A stretch of DNA of 64,000 nucleotides from Azolla caroliniana (lineage: Eukaryota > Plantae > Polypodiophyta). This document shows positions 53,037 through 64,000 of this stretch, piece by piece (the first letter of the stretch is position 1; every line of letters starts with the position of its first letter). Below the pieces are notes generated by a model. It did not search any database. It was given only the letters and a program-made list of their open reading frames with translations, and was not told where the DNA came from. The stretch is taken from contig JBHGNT010000013.1 in assembly GCA_043228905.1 (NCBI GenBank), forward strand, positions 16,306,001 to 16,370,000. Reading direction: 5' to 3'. A program made the position numbers and the translations under genes.

Positions 53037-56000
53037 CTATTTATATGTATCTAAAATCGGATATATTATTTTATGGTTTTCCACGTAGTGTGTGGAATAC
53101 ACTACGACACTCGCCCCCTCCGAACCCGCACATCCTCCGGTATGTGCCAAAGTTCTCGATTCCCCATATCCGTCTTCACCCAAAGCTTCCTCCGATTCTC
53201 CCCTTATGTCGACTATGAGTTGTAATTCACTTTCTTCGCTTCTCGCATCACCGTGGTCTTCGTCCGATTGCTCCTCGTTGTCGGCCTTGGCTTGGATCAC
53301 ATAGGGTTTGTCGTCGGTCTGCTTCTTGAAAATCTTCACCCGCTTCCCGGCTATAGGCACTCGTAGTATTGTTCCATCCAACTCGGACAGTCGGTACGTT
53401 CCGTTGTCGAAGACTTTCCGAACCTCGTATGGCCCGAACCACCTTTTCGCGAATTTCCGCATCGTTGTATGTTGATGGTCCAAACTACTGTCATAGACGA
53501 TCACCCAGTCTCCTTCTTCAATCCTCCTCGGTCGTAGTCGGTGCTTTGTGTCGAACCGGCTTTTGTTCCTTAAACGTGCTTCTTGTTGTCGGCGTATTAC
53601 TTCCGCTATGTCTGCCGGTCTCCCCTCTAGTTGTCGTATCCGGACCGCTAGTAGTTCTTCCCGGCTCATCTATTCCTTCCACGGTAGCACTGTCCATGTT
53701 GCGATTGCGGTTTCCGTCGGCATTACCGGTGCTTGTCCGGTCATGAGTTCTGCCGGCATGTAACCGGTTATGGAGCTATGCGTCGTCCGATCCGCCCATA
53801 GTGCATACGGAAGCATCTGCGGCCAGTCCTTCACCTTTCCATCGCATGCCTTTGCAAGTGCTTTCACGATCGGACTATGTCCTCGTTCGATTTTCCCGTT
53901 GGCCTCCGGATTGTATGCCGTTGTTAGCGATAACCGAACTCCGTGTTTGGCAAAGAATCCCCTAGCTTTGTCCGAGTCGACTTCTCCCCGGTCCGCAATC
54001 ACTTGTCTTACGCACCCGTACCTACAAAATACTTCCTCCAAAAGAAATTGGCATACCGCGGAACACGTTTTCCTCTGAAGCGCTCGACCTTCTACTTGAT
54101 TCGTGAGATCTTCCCGAGCTAATACCAAGTATTTCTTTTGTCCGATCCCGGTCGGCATGGCCACTATGTCAACCATCCACTTGAAGTTGATTGTTGGTGA
54201 GAATGTCGGATGTAACTCATCTCGATGTCGAACCCCGGAGTAGACTTGACATTTCTCGCAGCTTTCCGTGAACTCCGCGACATCTTTGTACATTTTCTTC
54301 CACCAATATTTTTGCTTGATCTTCACAAATGTTGCCCATGTTCCTCGGTGTCCAGCCCAATCGGATTCGTGAAACTCGGACATTATCCGGTCTTGTTGCT
54401 CTTTTGTCCCGGCTACTCGAAGTGGTATACCATCCGGTCTTTTCGGCGCCCTCCATATTAATCCGTTTTCCAAGAAGAACTTTTGGACTTGCCTCTTCTT
54501 CCTTCGGATCTCGGCTCTTCTTCCTTTATCGTTTGTTGAATCCTCGGCCTCTTGTAACATCTTTCCGATCATCAAGCTTTCTCCCTCGTATTCTTCTTCC
54601 CGGAATTCTCGGATTACGTTTACTCGGCATATGTGCTCCGACGCGAAGTAGTCTTCGGAAACTTCTTCATTATCCGATTCGGTTATGTCGTCTCCGAACC
54701 GAGCCCTTGATAACATATCCGCTACCGCGTTGTCCTTCCCCGAGATGTGTCGAACCTCCGGATTAAGCGACTTGACATATGCAACCCACCTTAGCATAGC
54801 TACATCCGGTATCGTACAACACCGCATCATCCCCAGTATCGGAAGACAATCCGTCTCGATCACCACTTCGGCTCCGATCAAATAATCCCGATCCGATTTT
54901 ATCGCCGACACGACTCCCCATAGTTCTCTTTTGACTTGTGCATATCCACGTTGCCTTTCGTTGAGAACCTTTGCTCTGAATCGGATCGGATACCGCGAAC
55001 CATCCGAGTCGGCTTGATTGATGACCCACCCGATACCGGTTGGACTTGTATCAACCGTTACTATGATCGGTCGGTCATAGCTCGGCTTCTTAAGTGCTTC
55101 CGCCCTCCGAAGTGTCTTCTTCAATTTCTTCATGGCTTTGGTGTGTTCCGGTTTCCATTCGAATTTCTTACCTTTCCGCAACAAGTGGTAGAGCGGGTCC
55201 GCTATATGTGCATAGTGCGGAATCCATATGTGATAGAATGCACATGCACCGAGAAACCTTCGGACTTCGGATGTTGACTCGCATACTTCCTCCATAGCTT
55301 GAATCGCATCGATCTTTGTTGGTGATGGTCTTCGGCCGTAGGGCCCACATAGATGTCCGACCACCAATATTTCTTCTTGCCCGAATGCCGATTTCTCCCC
55401 AGAAAGTGTTAGGTGCACATCTTCTAGCTTTCGCAACACTTTCTCGCAATCATGAATATGGTCGACCACGAACTTTCGGCATCCCCGATCATCCATAGTC
55501 TCATCTTTTTCTTCTACCGCGCATCCTTTCATCGGAATGTCATCGAGGAACGACATCATTATCTCCGGAATGCAGTCTCGAAGCACCTTGTTCATCGCGT
55601 TCATCATATGAGCAACCGAGTTTGTCGCTCCTTGTGGTAGAGTGCACATTCGGACTAATCCTATCAGTGTTCGCATGGTTGTGATGTCTCGGCTCTCCAC
55701 GGCTAGTTGGAATTGGTCATGCCCCGAGTATAGGTCTCCGATGGAGTATATCGCACGACCGGCAAAAGCTTCCGCAAATTCGTCCACTATCGGACCGACT
55801 CCCGAGTTCCGGATTGTGACCTTATTCACCGGTTGCAAGTCTTGGATAAATCGGAGTGACCCATTCTTCTTCGGAACCGTAAACCATCGATTTGAGTACG
55901 GAGCAGTTGATGGCTCTAGAATCCCCATCGCCACCTTCTCCTTGAGCAAGTCAATGACTTTCGGAATATGCGCTCGTGGCACCGGAATCGGCTTCAAGTT

Positions 56001-56702
56001 CCACGGTACATGGTCAATCGTGAAGATCACCATCGGCTCCACTATTCTCGGATCGACGCACCCTATCTCCCTTGATGTAAATGCAAACGCTTTGCCGTGT
56101 TGCTCCAACATCTCGCGAAACCGTTCTTCTTCTTTTTGTAATAGGAACCCACCTCCACCGATCCGAAGTTTCTTCCGGGTCTCATCCGTAAAGGCATGTC
56201 CGATATCCATGGTCTTCCGAAGTGTCGGATCTCCCGAGACTTCTTTCCTCTTTTGTTCGTTATCGGCGGGTAGTGGTCCCGCGGCCGGTTTCACCTTCTT
56301 CTCCACGGTCTTGTATTTCGTACTTACCATTGCTTCTTCTTTGCGGAGCGTATCCGGCTCCATTTTCGCAATGATCTCGTACATCTCGACCGATTCCACT
56401 GGGACTACCCGGTTCCCTTGGCTTTTATCTTCCGCAAGCTCTTCAAGTCGTTGTAGCGTGCTCTCATAGAACACCTCTTCGACTATCCCCACGATTTCTT
56501 CATCTTCTTTTATTATTGATGCCGACCGCAACTTATCCTCCACTTTTCGGTATCCTTTCTTCAATCCTCCGGTTACGGTCATGTACGTAGATGCCACATC
56601 CGGACCGATTCGTACATGTTTTGCTCCGAGATTTTTCTTCCTGTGTGGGGTATTAGGGCTTCTCGGACTATCACTTCCCCACTCCGCAACAGTCCGCTTT
56701 AA
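53037..56702 (-). pseudogene. Element B pol (RT, RNase H, integrase); one in-frame TAG at 53670-53672
   Basis: WFTVPKKNGSLRFIQDLQ, DLYSG, LPQGATNS, FLDD, VDTSPTGIG, H...GHRG...CEKCQ, WMVDIV, ADRGE, YNPEANGKIERGH, WFGPY. The frame is open upstream to the slippery site at 56702. Confidence 0.88.
53110..53121 (-). other. Polypurine tract of element B
   Basis: GGAGGGGGCGAG immediately precedes the 3' LTR on the minus strand. Confidence 0.85.
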
Positions 56703-58741
56703 AAATCCATTCTCACTTGGGACAAGAGTTCCCTCTTGTTCCTTTCGTGATTTGCCGGCACCGTTAGGAATTGGACGGATTTCCCACCGTTTTGGCTCCG
56801 AATTCGCGCAAAAGCCGCACCGCTATCGAGCACCTTCGTCTCCATCCGTGATGCCATGATAAAGGGTTGGCCGAGGATGACGGAATGTGAAACCTCATCT
56901 TGCACGAAGAAATTTTGGTCGATCTCGACATCCCCGATCTTCACCGTCACATCCGGACAAGCCGCAAATAGATCTTCCGTTGCTTTTGTGGCCGCCCGAA
57001 TCTTCCATCCATGGTTGGTGTTAATAGGCCACTTCCCCTTCCGGTAGAACTCCTTGGACATCAAGTTGATCTCCGATCCGTGATCAATCAATGCTAGCAC
57101 AGGTTCTTTGATGTTGCCGATTCGGACCGGAGTCTCCGTAGTCGCGCATGCCCAATGTGGCCTTGTATAGTGGGAGTTCGGAATTTCGTCCTCCACTTCG
57201 GTGTCGTTCATTAAAACGGTGTTCGCATTCACCCTTGGAGCATTTTCCTCCGTACTTTGTCTTTTTCATTTCACGAGATCCACGAGAAGATCGTGGAACT
57301 CCTTCTTTGCTATTCCGAGTAGCTCCTGAAGCGAGAAATCTACCCGGCTATCCAAGATTCTTTCCTCGAACACTCTTTTCAAGTCGGTTTGTTGTTCTAT
57401 GTCCGAGGCGAGCTTGAATGCCGGAGTCGCCTTTTCTTTTCCCTTACCTCCGGAGTTCCAGCTTTCCGGTATCTTCGATGGCCCGACTACATCCTCCGTG
57501 CGTTGTCGTTTCTCGTCCACATACACCTTATGCAATTGACACAGGGCGTATACGCTATTCTTGTCGACAGGGCACTCCCATCCCGTAGCTTCCCGGACGC
57601 CTTCCGCGGTGCTTCGGATCTCGTTGGAGTCGGTTTTCTCGGTGTTTTCGAGAACTTCCGACCAAAAAGACGTCTTTGCTCTCGATGACTCCCCGACACA
57701 TATTCCCGCGGTTGTTGCATAGTTGCTTCTTGCCGCCAATTCCTCCTCGAGCACCTTCTTCATGCCGCCTTTCCGGAAGTTCGGTCGGAGTGGCTTCCGA
57801 GAGTCCATCGAATGAATCCGGTTTCCCTCGTAGTAGATGAGATCCCGCCGTAGCGCCTCCTTATGCTCGTCGCAATCCTTCCGATCGTGTTCGGCGCTAT
57901 CGCACCATATGCACCGTCGGTCCGTATACTTGGAGCTTGTGGGGCGGTCATCCGACTTCTTCACCATCGCGATCTTCAGATTCTCCATCTCCTTCAATAG
58001 TTGCTCCACCGTAGATGCATCAATCCCCTTCTCGGTTGTAGTCTCTCGAGCCCTCAGTTGATGGTCTTCCAATCCGGTTCTCGGTTTCGGAATCGGTTCC
58101 GAAACCCTCTTTTCCTCGTCGGCAAGCCATTGCCCCCTCTTCGTGTATCGCGCGACGATATCCCACACGCTTTCCCATGTTTCGGTGAGGCAGCTCTCCG
58201 TGGTCGTGTCCTCCAAGAGCACTCCGAGATCTTTCCGGTCCCGGACGTCCACGGCTCGCAAGAACATGATCACCTTGTCTGGTACGAGGATAGCTTGATC
58301 TCTCGCGAACAACCTCCCGAACCGGCTTTCGAATGCCGAAAACACATCAACGACCTTCAATCCCTTGTCCGGCGTCTCCACCCAATCTTCGAATCCCCTT
58401 CGCGTCGCCTTGGAGGAATCCTCGATGGCGAACGTCCTCTTTAGCTCTTCTTCAAATGCCTCCCATGTCGGATTTTGTTGTCGTAGCCCATGGATGCTTG
58501 CTTGAAGCCCGTCGGTCGCCACCCGGTTGAAGGACGTCACTTGCAGTCCTTCCGATATTCCGCACCGTAGCATCTCCGCCTTGTAGTCCCGAAGATACCG
58601 CGACACGTCTTTCCCGTTGAATTGCCCGTTTCGTTGCACGAGCCGCTCCACTGATGCCGCTATCTCCGACATCGCGCGTTGTTCTTGTAGCATGCGCTCG
58701 AACATCATCATCATGTTGCTAGCCTCCGGTTGATTTTCCAT
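56699..58741 (-). pseudogene. Element B gag-protease ORF; one in-frame TGA at 57266-57268 (likely CGA>TGA)
   Basis: Gag with zinc knuckle CIWCDSAEHDRKDC. The aspartic protease (LIDHGSEINLM...ILGQPF) is in the same frame after the TGA and ends at TAA 56699. Confidence 0.85.
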
Positions 58742-58758
58742 CTCCTTGCCACCCGGTG

Positions 58759-58776
58759 TTCACGTCGGGTTCACCA
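58759..58776 (-). other. Primer-binding site of element B, complementary to tRNA-Trp
   Basis: The plus strand reads TTCACGTCGGGTTCACCA, matching the 3' 18 nt of plant cytosolic tRNA-Trp(CCA) as I recall it. It lies 4 nt from the 5' LTR. Confidence 0.85.
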
Positions 58777-59627
58777 ACTGTGTCGTGCCCTTCGGCTCCG
58801 GATCGTTGCGTGAGTCGGGTGGGAACCGCCGAGGTTTTTGACTAGGAGGAAGAGGAATACAACTTAAGGCTAGTTATGAATAGTGGAAAGAGAAGTAAGA
58901 TAGCAATCTCGTGACTCCCACGAGTTTAGTGTAATTAAAACCATATTTAGATTATAAGAGCAATTAGATGGCAAAATTCGTGAATCCCACGAATATATTA
59001 GATTGATCAATCCTTGTATATTAATCAACAACCATATACATATTTCTCTCCTCCTTATATAAAGATGGAAGAGGCTAAGCATGGCTTCATGCTTTTTCAC
59101 CTAAAGTGTCCATGCACACTAAATGTGCATGTGATGCTTTGTCATTTCCTAAATATAGGGCTCATGCACGCTAGATGTGCATGAGTCACTTTTAATGTCA
59201 CGTGTAAATAAAATATTCACACTCTAAAGAATACATGATTTTTACCTTTTAATAAAGGTATGTGTAAATAAAGGTCTTATACATATTAAATCTATATTTA
59301 TAACACTAAAGATAAGTTATTACAATGGTAAAGTTGGGGTTTATCTACGTGGAGGTGCATGGTTCAAATCTTGCCCTATGCACGTGATAAATTCTTTTGA
59401 TATTTTATTTATCTATTTATATGTATCTAAAATCGGATATATTATTTTATGGTTTTCCACGTAGTGTGTGGAATACACTACGACAACGCTAATTACATTG
59501 ACGCCACAGCCGCCGTTGATTATGCATCCTGTGATTTCTTGACCGTGTAATATCAACTTAATAGCCGGATTGTGGTGATCCACCACTGATGGTCCGGCGC
59601 TGATGTCCATAAAATTGGCGGAGACGC

Positions 59628-60263
59628 TGTCGTGAAGTTTCGCGTTCGCGTGTAGGAAGAGGCGGGACCACGGGGGTCTCGGAACAAAGAGAGAGTGAGA
59701 GAGAGAGTTGCAGATACACAGAAGAGAAATTAAGAGCAAGAAAACAGGAATCCGATTACTTACAACTCGAACAGTTACAATCGGCAACCTAGTAATGGAC
59801 CTGACACGGGGTCCTACTCACGCACACAAACAATAGCCACCCGACTCGAAGGAAACAAAAAGGAGTGAGAGAGAGAGACTCTGCTGGAAGCACACGGGCT
59901 GTCCATGAAGTAGAGGCAGCGAACGACGATCGGAAGAGAGAGAGAGCTCGACCCTCGGTTCTACAACAACACTCCCTCTTCACCAACGCGCGATCCCCTC
60001 TTTCTTCCTTCTCTCCCTCCTTAAATAGTTCGCCCCAAAAAAGGGGGGTGCCCCTTTCTCTCTAGTCAAACCACTTTATTCCCTGTCCCTTTCGACAGAG
60101 ATACACACAATCCCCCCTAATAAATGTATACTACCTAGTATTTACATCACCCGATCAAATTATGAATCATGTGCAAAACATCAATTCACGCGTCCACCCA
60201 TGTAAGAGCTGGTTCATGCGCCTTTTTCTCCGATTCCACCTATGGCCGATTTTCTTCACGACA
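59628..60263 (-). mobile_element. Solo LTR (636 bp) inserted in element A
   Basis: Termini TGTCGTGAAG...CTTCACGACA form a perfect 10-bp inverted repeat. Perfect 4-bp TSD ACGC at 59624-59627 and 60264-60267. Removal restores the host frame RPGVGVSANFMD. Orientation is inferred from the TATA-like block. Confidence 0.9.
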
Positions 60264-60477
60264 ACGCCTACCCCCGGTCTGCCCGTTATGCAGTCCTCTA
60301 CGGCCTGGTGGAACCGTGGGACTAGTTGAAGTAGCTTCTCCATGGTCAATGTTATCTCGCAACCTGCCAATGCTTGCCATAAGGGATCCACAGATATTAC
60401 ATCTGCCACCGAAGGCTCCACATTGTTCGTAGACTCCTTCCACATTCGTTTCGTTGTCACAAAGTTTCGCGCACATG

Positions 60478-63400
60478 TGTTACTTGGGCGGGACCACAAC
60501 GGTCTTGGACTAGGGAGTACTCAAGGGATAGAAAAGACCCGAGGTTTGCTTTACGACAATACTACTTCTTGACCCCTTCTCGAGCAAGATCTCGTTGCCC
60601 TTTGTTTTGTGAGGCCAGTGGCTCTCTTTGATCACGACTCGTCGACCTTTCAAGATCACCGCACAAACCAAGTGATCAAACGGGTACAAGCAAGATGAGC
60701 ACGCAAGATGAACGCACAAGGGGACGATAACACAAACACGAATGCCTGTACGTCTTTATGAGGAGGAGAGGTGCATAGGCACGCCCGAACGCTCCCTCGT
60801 CACAAGACGTCGACTGTATGAGGAAGACACAAAACACATGCACAAATGCTCGTACGCCTTTATGAGGAGATGCGGGCACGCCCGAAACACTCCCTCGTCA
60901 CGAGATGGCCGAACGTACAAGGAAGACACAAACACACGCACAAAATGCTCGTACGCCTTTATGAGGAGAGGTGCATGGGCAAGCCCAAAACGGTCCCTCG
61001 TCACGAGACGGCCGAACGTACGAGGAAGACACAAACACACTCACAAAATGCTTGTACGCCTTTATGAGGAGGAGAGGTGCATGGGCACGCCCGAAACGAT
61101 CCCTCGTCACGAGACGGCCGAACGTACAAGGAAGACACAAACACATGCACAAATGCTCGTATGTCTTTATGAGGAGGAGAGGTGCATGGGCACGCCCGAA
61201 TGGTCCCTTGTCACAAGACGGCCGAACGTACAAGGAAGACACAAACACACACACAAATGCTCCTACGTCTTTATGAGGAGGAGAGGTGCATGGGCACGCC
61301 CGAAACGCTCCCTCGTCACAAGACGGCCGAACGTACAAGGAAGACATGAACAAAGAAAGAAGGAGAGAAAGAAACACGAATGATATTGACCAAAGAGACA
61401 AATACGTGTTCGATTCCAACGCAAGAGGACCCTTTATAAAATAGGATTTGATTAGAATGGCAACTTATAGTTAACCACAAGCTCAATCAAAACATAAATA
61501 CTAAATGCCCTTAAAGACAAGAGCAAATCCGAACACGACGAAGATGAACACACGAGCATCACCGAAATGCCAATCCCAACGAACCACGACCACCCGAATG
61601 GCGAGCACACGGGCTCCCAACGACGAACGGGGCGGAGCAACGTCGAACCAATGAAGCCTTGGCTCACGAGCACTTCGAGTGCCGACGCGAAGAAGATGAG
61701 CACGTGGTGATTGGGGGATGAAGGGGTATGATATGAATAGAAGTGGTGAATAAGAAGATGAAGAGCTCTGAAAGAAAAATAGCGATAGTCTCCTCCTCCC
61801 ATAACGTCCTCCTAAATGAGCCCCCTCGACCTCCTTTTATAGGAACAAAAGAAAGGGGGGTTGCCAATTTTGTCTTCAATGAAAAAGGAATAAAATTCCT
61901 TAAATAACGCTACACTATAAGACTAGACTTGAACCTTGCACCTCTAGGTAGTAGTCAATGTGACTATCCACTAACCCACTAACTCTCTCTTATGTAATAT
62001 ATAATTCTATCTCTATAAATTCTTAGCCTGTCTCTCCACTACATTTTATCTCTCTTCTCTCTTACTTTTTGCACGGGCTTCTATGCATCCTTTCCAGCCT
62101 TTCTTTTCCCTTTTATTTTGCATATGCACAACTAATCACTTTTGTGTGCACACACATTGCACATGCACATTTTTTATCCCCCCCTTTCGCCTATTTTCCC
62201 ACTCTTGAGCACGCCACATCACGACATCCACCCCCACCAAACCACACATCCTCCGGTATGTGCCAAGAATGGCGGGCTGAGGGTGGTCAATAATTCATTT
62301 CCTCCTCCTCATTGACCCTGTGGCTTGTTGTTTGTTCGCCTTTATCTTCGTCAAGGTCATCGAGGTTTGGCTCCCTGTCGTGTCGCTTTTCGAAGATTTT
62401 GACCTGTCATGTGGTTATTGGTACTGCTAGCTTAGTCCCATCGAGTTCAGCGAGATGGTAGGGAGCATTATGGTTTGCACTCATTACCACGTACGGCCCG
62501 AACCATCGCTTTGCGAATTTCTGCATTGAGCTATGTTGATTGTCGATACTACTATCATATACAATCACCTAGTCTCCTTCTTCGATCTTCTGAGGGCGTA
62601 GTCGGTCTGTCTTGTCGAATCGGGCTTTGTTACTTAGCCTAGCCGCTTCTAACCTATCCTTTTCCAACTCCAAGTCTTCGGGTCTTCTCTCAAGTTGCCT
62701 TATCCTTGTGGCTAGAAGCTCTTCTCGACTCATCTCGTTTTCCCACGACATCGCTACCCATGAAGCGATCGTGTGTTCAATGGGCATCACCGGCTTTTGT
62801 CCGTACATGAGTTCAGCTGGCATGAAACCTGTAACTGAGCTATGAGTTGTTTTGTTGGCCCACAAGGCATAAGGTAGTAACCGAGGCCAATTCCCGACTC
62901 GCCCATCACAAGCCCTAACAATGGCTTTTACGATAGGCTCGTGTCCGCATTCTATCTTTCCATTAGCTTCCGAGTTATAAGCGGCCGTGAGAGAGAGCTT
63001 CACTCCAAGTCGGTCAAAGAGCTTTGTAGCTTTGTGAGCGTTCAGCTCTCCTCTGTCGGCCACTATCTTTCTCACACATCCGTACTGGCAGATGATATCC
63101 TCAAGTAAGAATTTACACACCCCTGCCGTCGTTTTGTTTGCTAAGGCTCACCCTTCTACTTGGTTTGTTAGGTCTTCTCTTGCTAGCACCAAATATTTCA
63201 TTTGGCCCACTCCCATCAGCATCGAAACCAAATCCACCATCCATTTGAAGTGTATGATGAGTGGGTAGGTCGGGTGCAACTCGTCCCTATGGCGTACTTC
63301 TCCTTTAACTTCTCAAATGTTGCCCACGTTCCTCTATGGCCCGCCCAAGGACTCTCGTGGAGCTCAGACACCAATGTTGTTTGGTCTTCTTCCTTTATGA

Positions 63401-64000
63401 CCACTCGTTGTGGTGTCCCCATCCTTCTCTTCGGGTGCCTCCAGAGGAATCCCCCTCGTAGGAAGTACTTGTACGCTTTCTTTCAGACTCTCTGTGCTTC
63501 CTGCTTCGACCATGAACTATCCACCGTCATTGAGCTTAAGAACTTGCCAATGTGTAGCCACTCCCCTTTGTATTCACTTTCGTTGAAGGCGTGGAGTACT
63601 TGCACATCTTGATCATCTATAGATGCTTGGGCCATCTTAAAGAAGTCAAGAGCGACATCCTCATCTTCAAACACCATGTCGCTTTCGCCCTTGAATCTTG
63701 CCTTGGATAGCATATCTGCCATGGCATTGTTCTTCCCTGAAATGTGGTGAATCTCTGGGTTCATGGATTTGATGTAAGCAATCCACCTTAGCATAGCTAG
63801 GTCAGGTGTTGCACATCCTGAAACCATCCCTAGGATTGGAAGGCAATACGTCTCTATTACCACCTCTGACCCGATTAGGTAATCTTTATCCGCCTTTACT
63901 GCGGACACAATACCCCAAAGCTCATGTTTTACTTGGGCATATCCTCGTTGTCGCTTGCTTAAGACCTTGGCTCCAAACCGGATGGCGTAGCGTGTACCAT
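60478..64000 (-). mobile_element. Element C: Ty3/gypsy relative of B; ~1.75-kb 3' LTR plus decayed IN/RNase H, continuing past the window end
   Basis: LTR ~60478-62226 (left edge approximate) and PPT GGTGGGGGTGGA at 62227-62238. Peptides HESPWAGHRGTWATF, VADRGEL, EANGKIE.GH, LPYALWA and LPILGM...LRWIAY parallel element B, with frameshifts and deletions. Confidence 0.88.
60727..61346. repeat. Minisatellite of about 6 units of 99-106 bp inside the element C LTR
   Basis: GAAGAC anchors at 60823, 60922, 61025, 61131, 61235 and 61340. The whole unit is conserved. Confidence 0.92.

Larger units (their letters stand above)
52405..59485 (-). mobile_element. Element B: young full-length Ty3/gypsy LTR retrotransposon (7081 bp)
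   Basis: LTRs 52405-53109 and 58781-59485 (705 bp, TGTCG...CGACA, only 2 differences seen). PBS, PPT, gag-PR and RT-RH-IN present. 4-bp TSD GCGC/ACGC. Confidence 0.96.
45454..60477 (-). mobile_element. Element A: decayed Athila/Tat-like (non-chromovirus) Ty3/gypsy LTR retrotransposon, split by B and a solo LTR and cut off by C
   Basis: Segments 45454-52404, 59486-59627 and 60264-60477. Protease II(N)GG.GVNVIS|AKTCEQLG...LLGRPWL, RT WLSPIVVVPKKNG, FLDGFSGYNQ, FGLKTAPATFQ, FLDDF, RNase H DAS...NYSTTE.E, integrase WGLDFVGP, TKWVEA, SDQGSHF, YPQANGLAESTNK. Confidence 0.9.

Noticed and set aside
55642-56469. 275-aa plus-strand ORF and other ORFs antisense to gag/pol
   Set aside because: They mirror a GC-rich coding strand and show no recognisable protein features.
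60727-61346. Regular repeat array resembling CRISPR, with overlapping ORFs 60742-61383 and 60898-61419
   Set aside because: Whole units are repeated with no unique spacers, the context is a eukaryotic LTR, and the ORFs are translations of the repeat.

Overview
Land-plant nuclear DNA. The gene style and retroelement families suggest a non-seed plant such as a fern or lycophyte, but this is inference. The first ~41 kb holds four intron-rich genes: the 3' part of a HEATR5/SWEETIE gene (+), a complete SEC24A-type COPII gene (+; one GC-AG and one U12-type intron), a tail-anchored UBC32/UBE2J-type E2 (-) and a 14-exon RBOH NADPH oxidase (+). Between them lie a small plastid 23S rRNA fragment and a nest of old LTR-like sequence > hAT-type non-autonomous element > LINE. 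The last ~23 kb is a retroelement pile: an L1 LINE interrupted by an Athila/Tat-like Ty3/gypsy element (A), whose gag/protease region took three further insertions. These are a young full-length element B with near-identical 705-bp LTRs, a solo LTR, and element C, which runs off the window. The most notable signals are in the B/C-type elements: 4-bp TSDs at ACGC-like targets, a tRNA-Trp primer site, a candidate -1 frameshift (G_GAU_UUU plus H-type pseudoknot) between protease and RT, tRNA-like A/B boxes inside the LTRs, and a 22-nt stem-loop shared next to the PPT. All calls were made by eye; no searches or folding programs were run.
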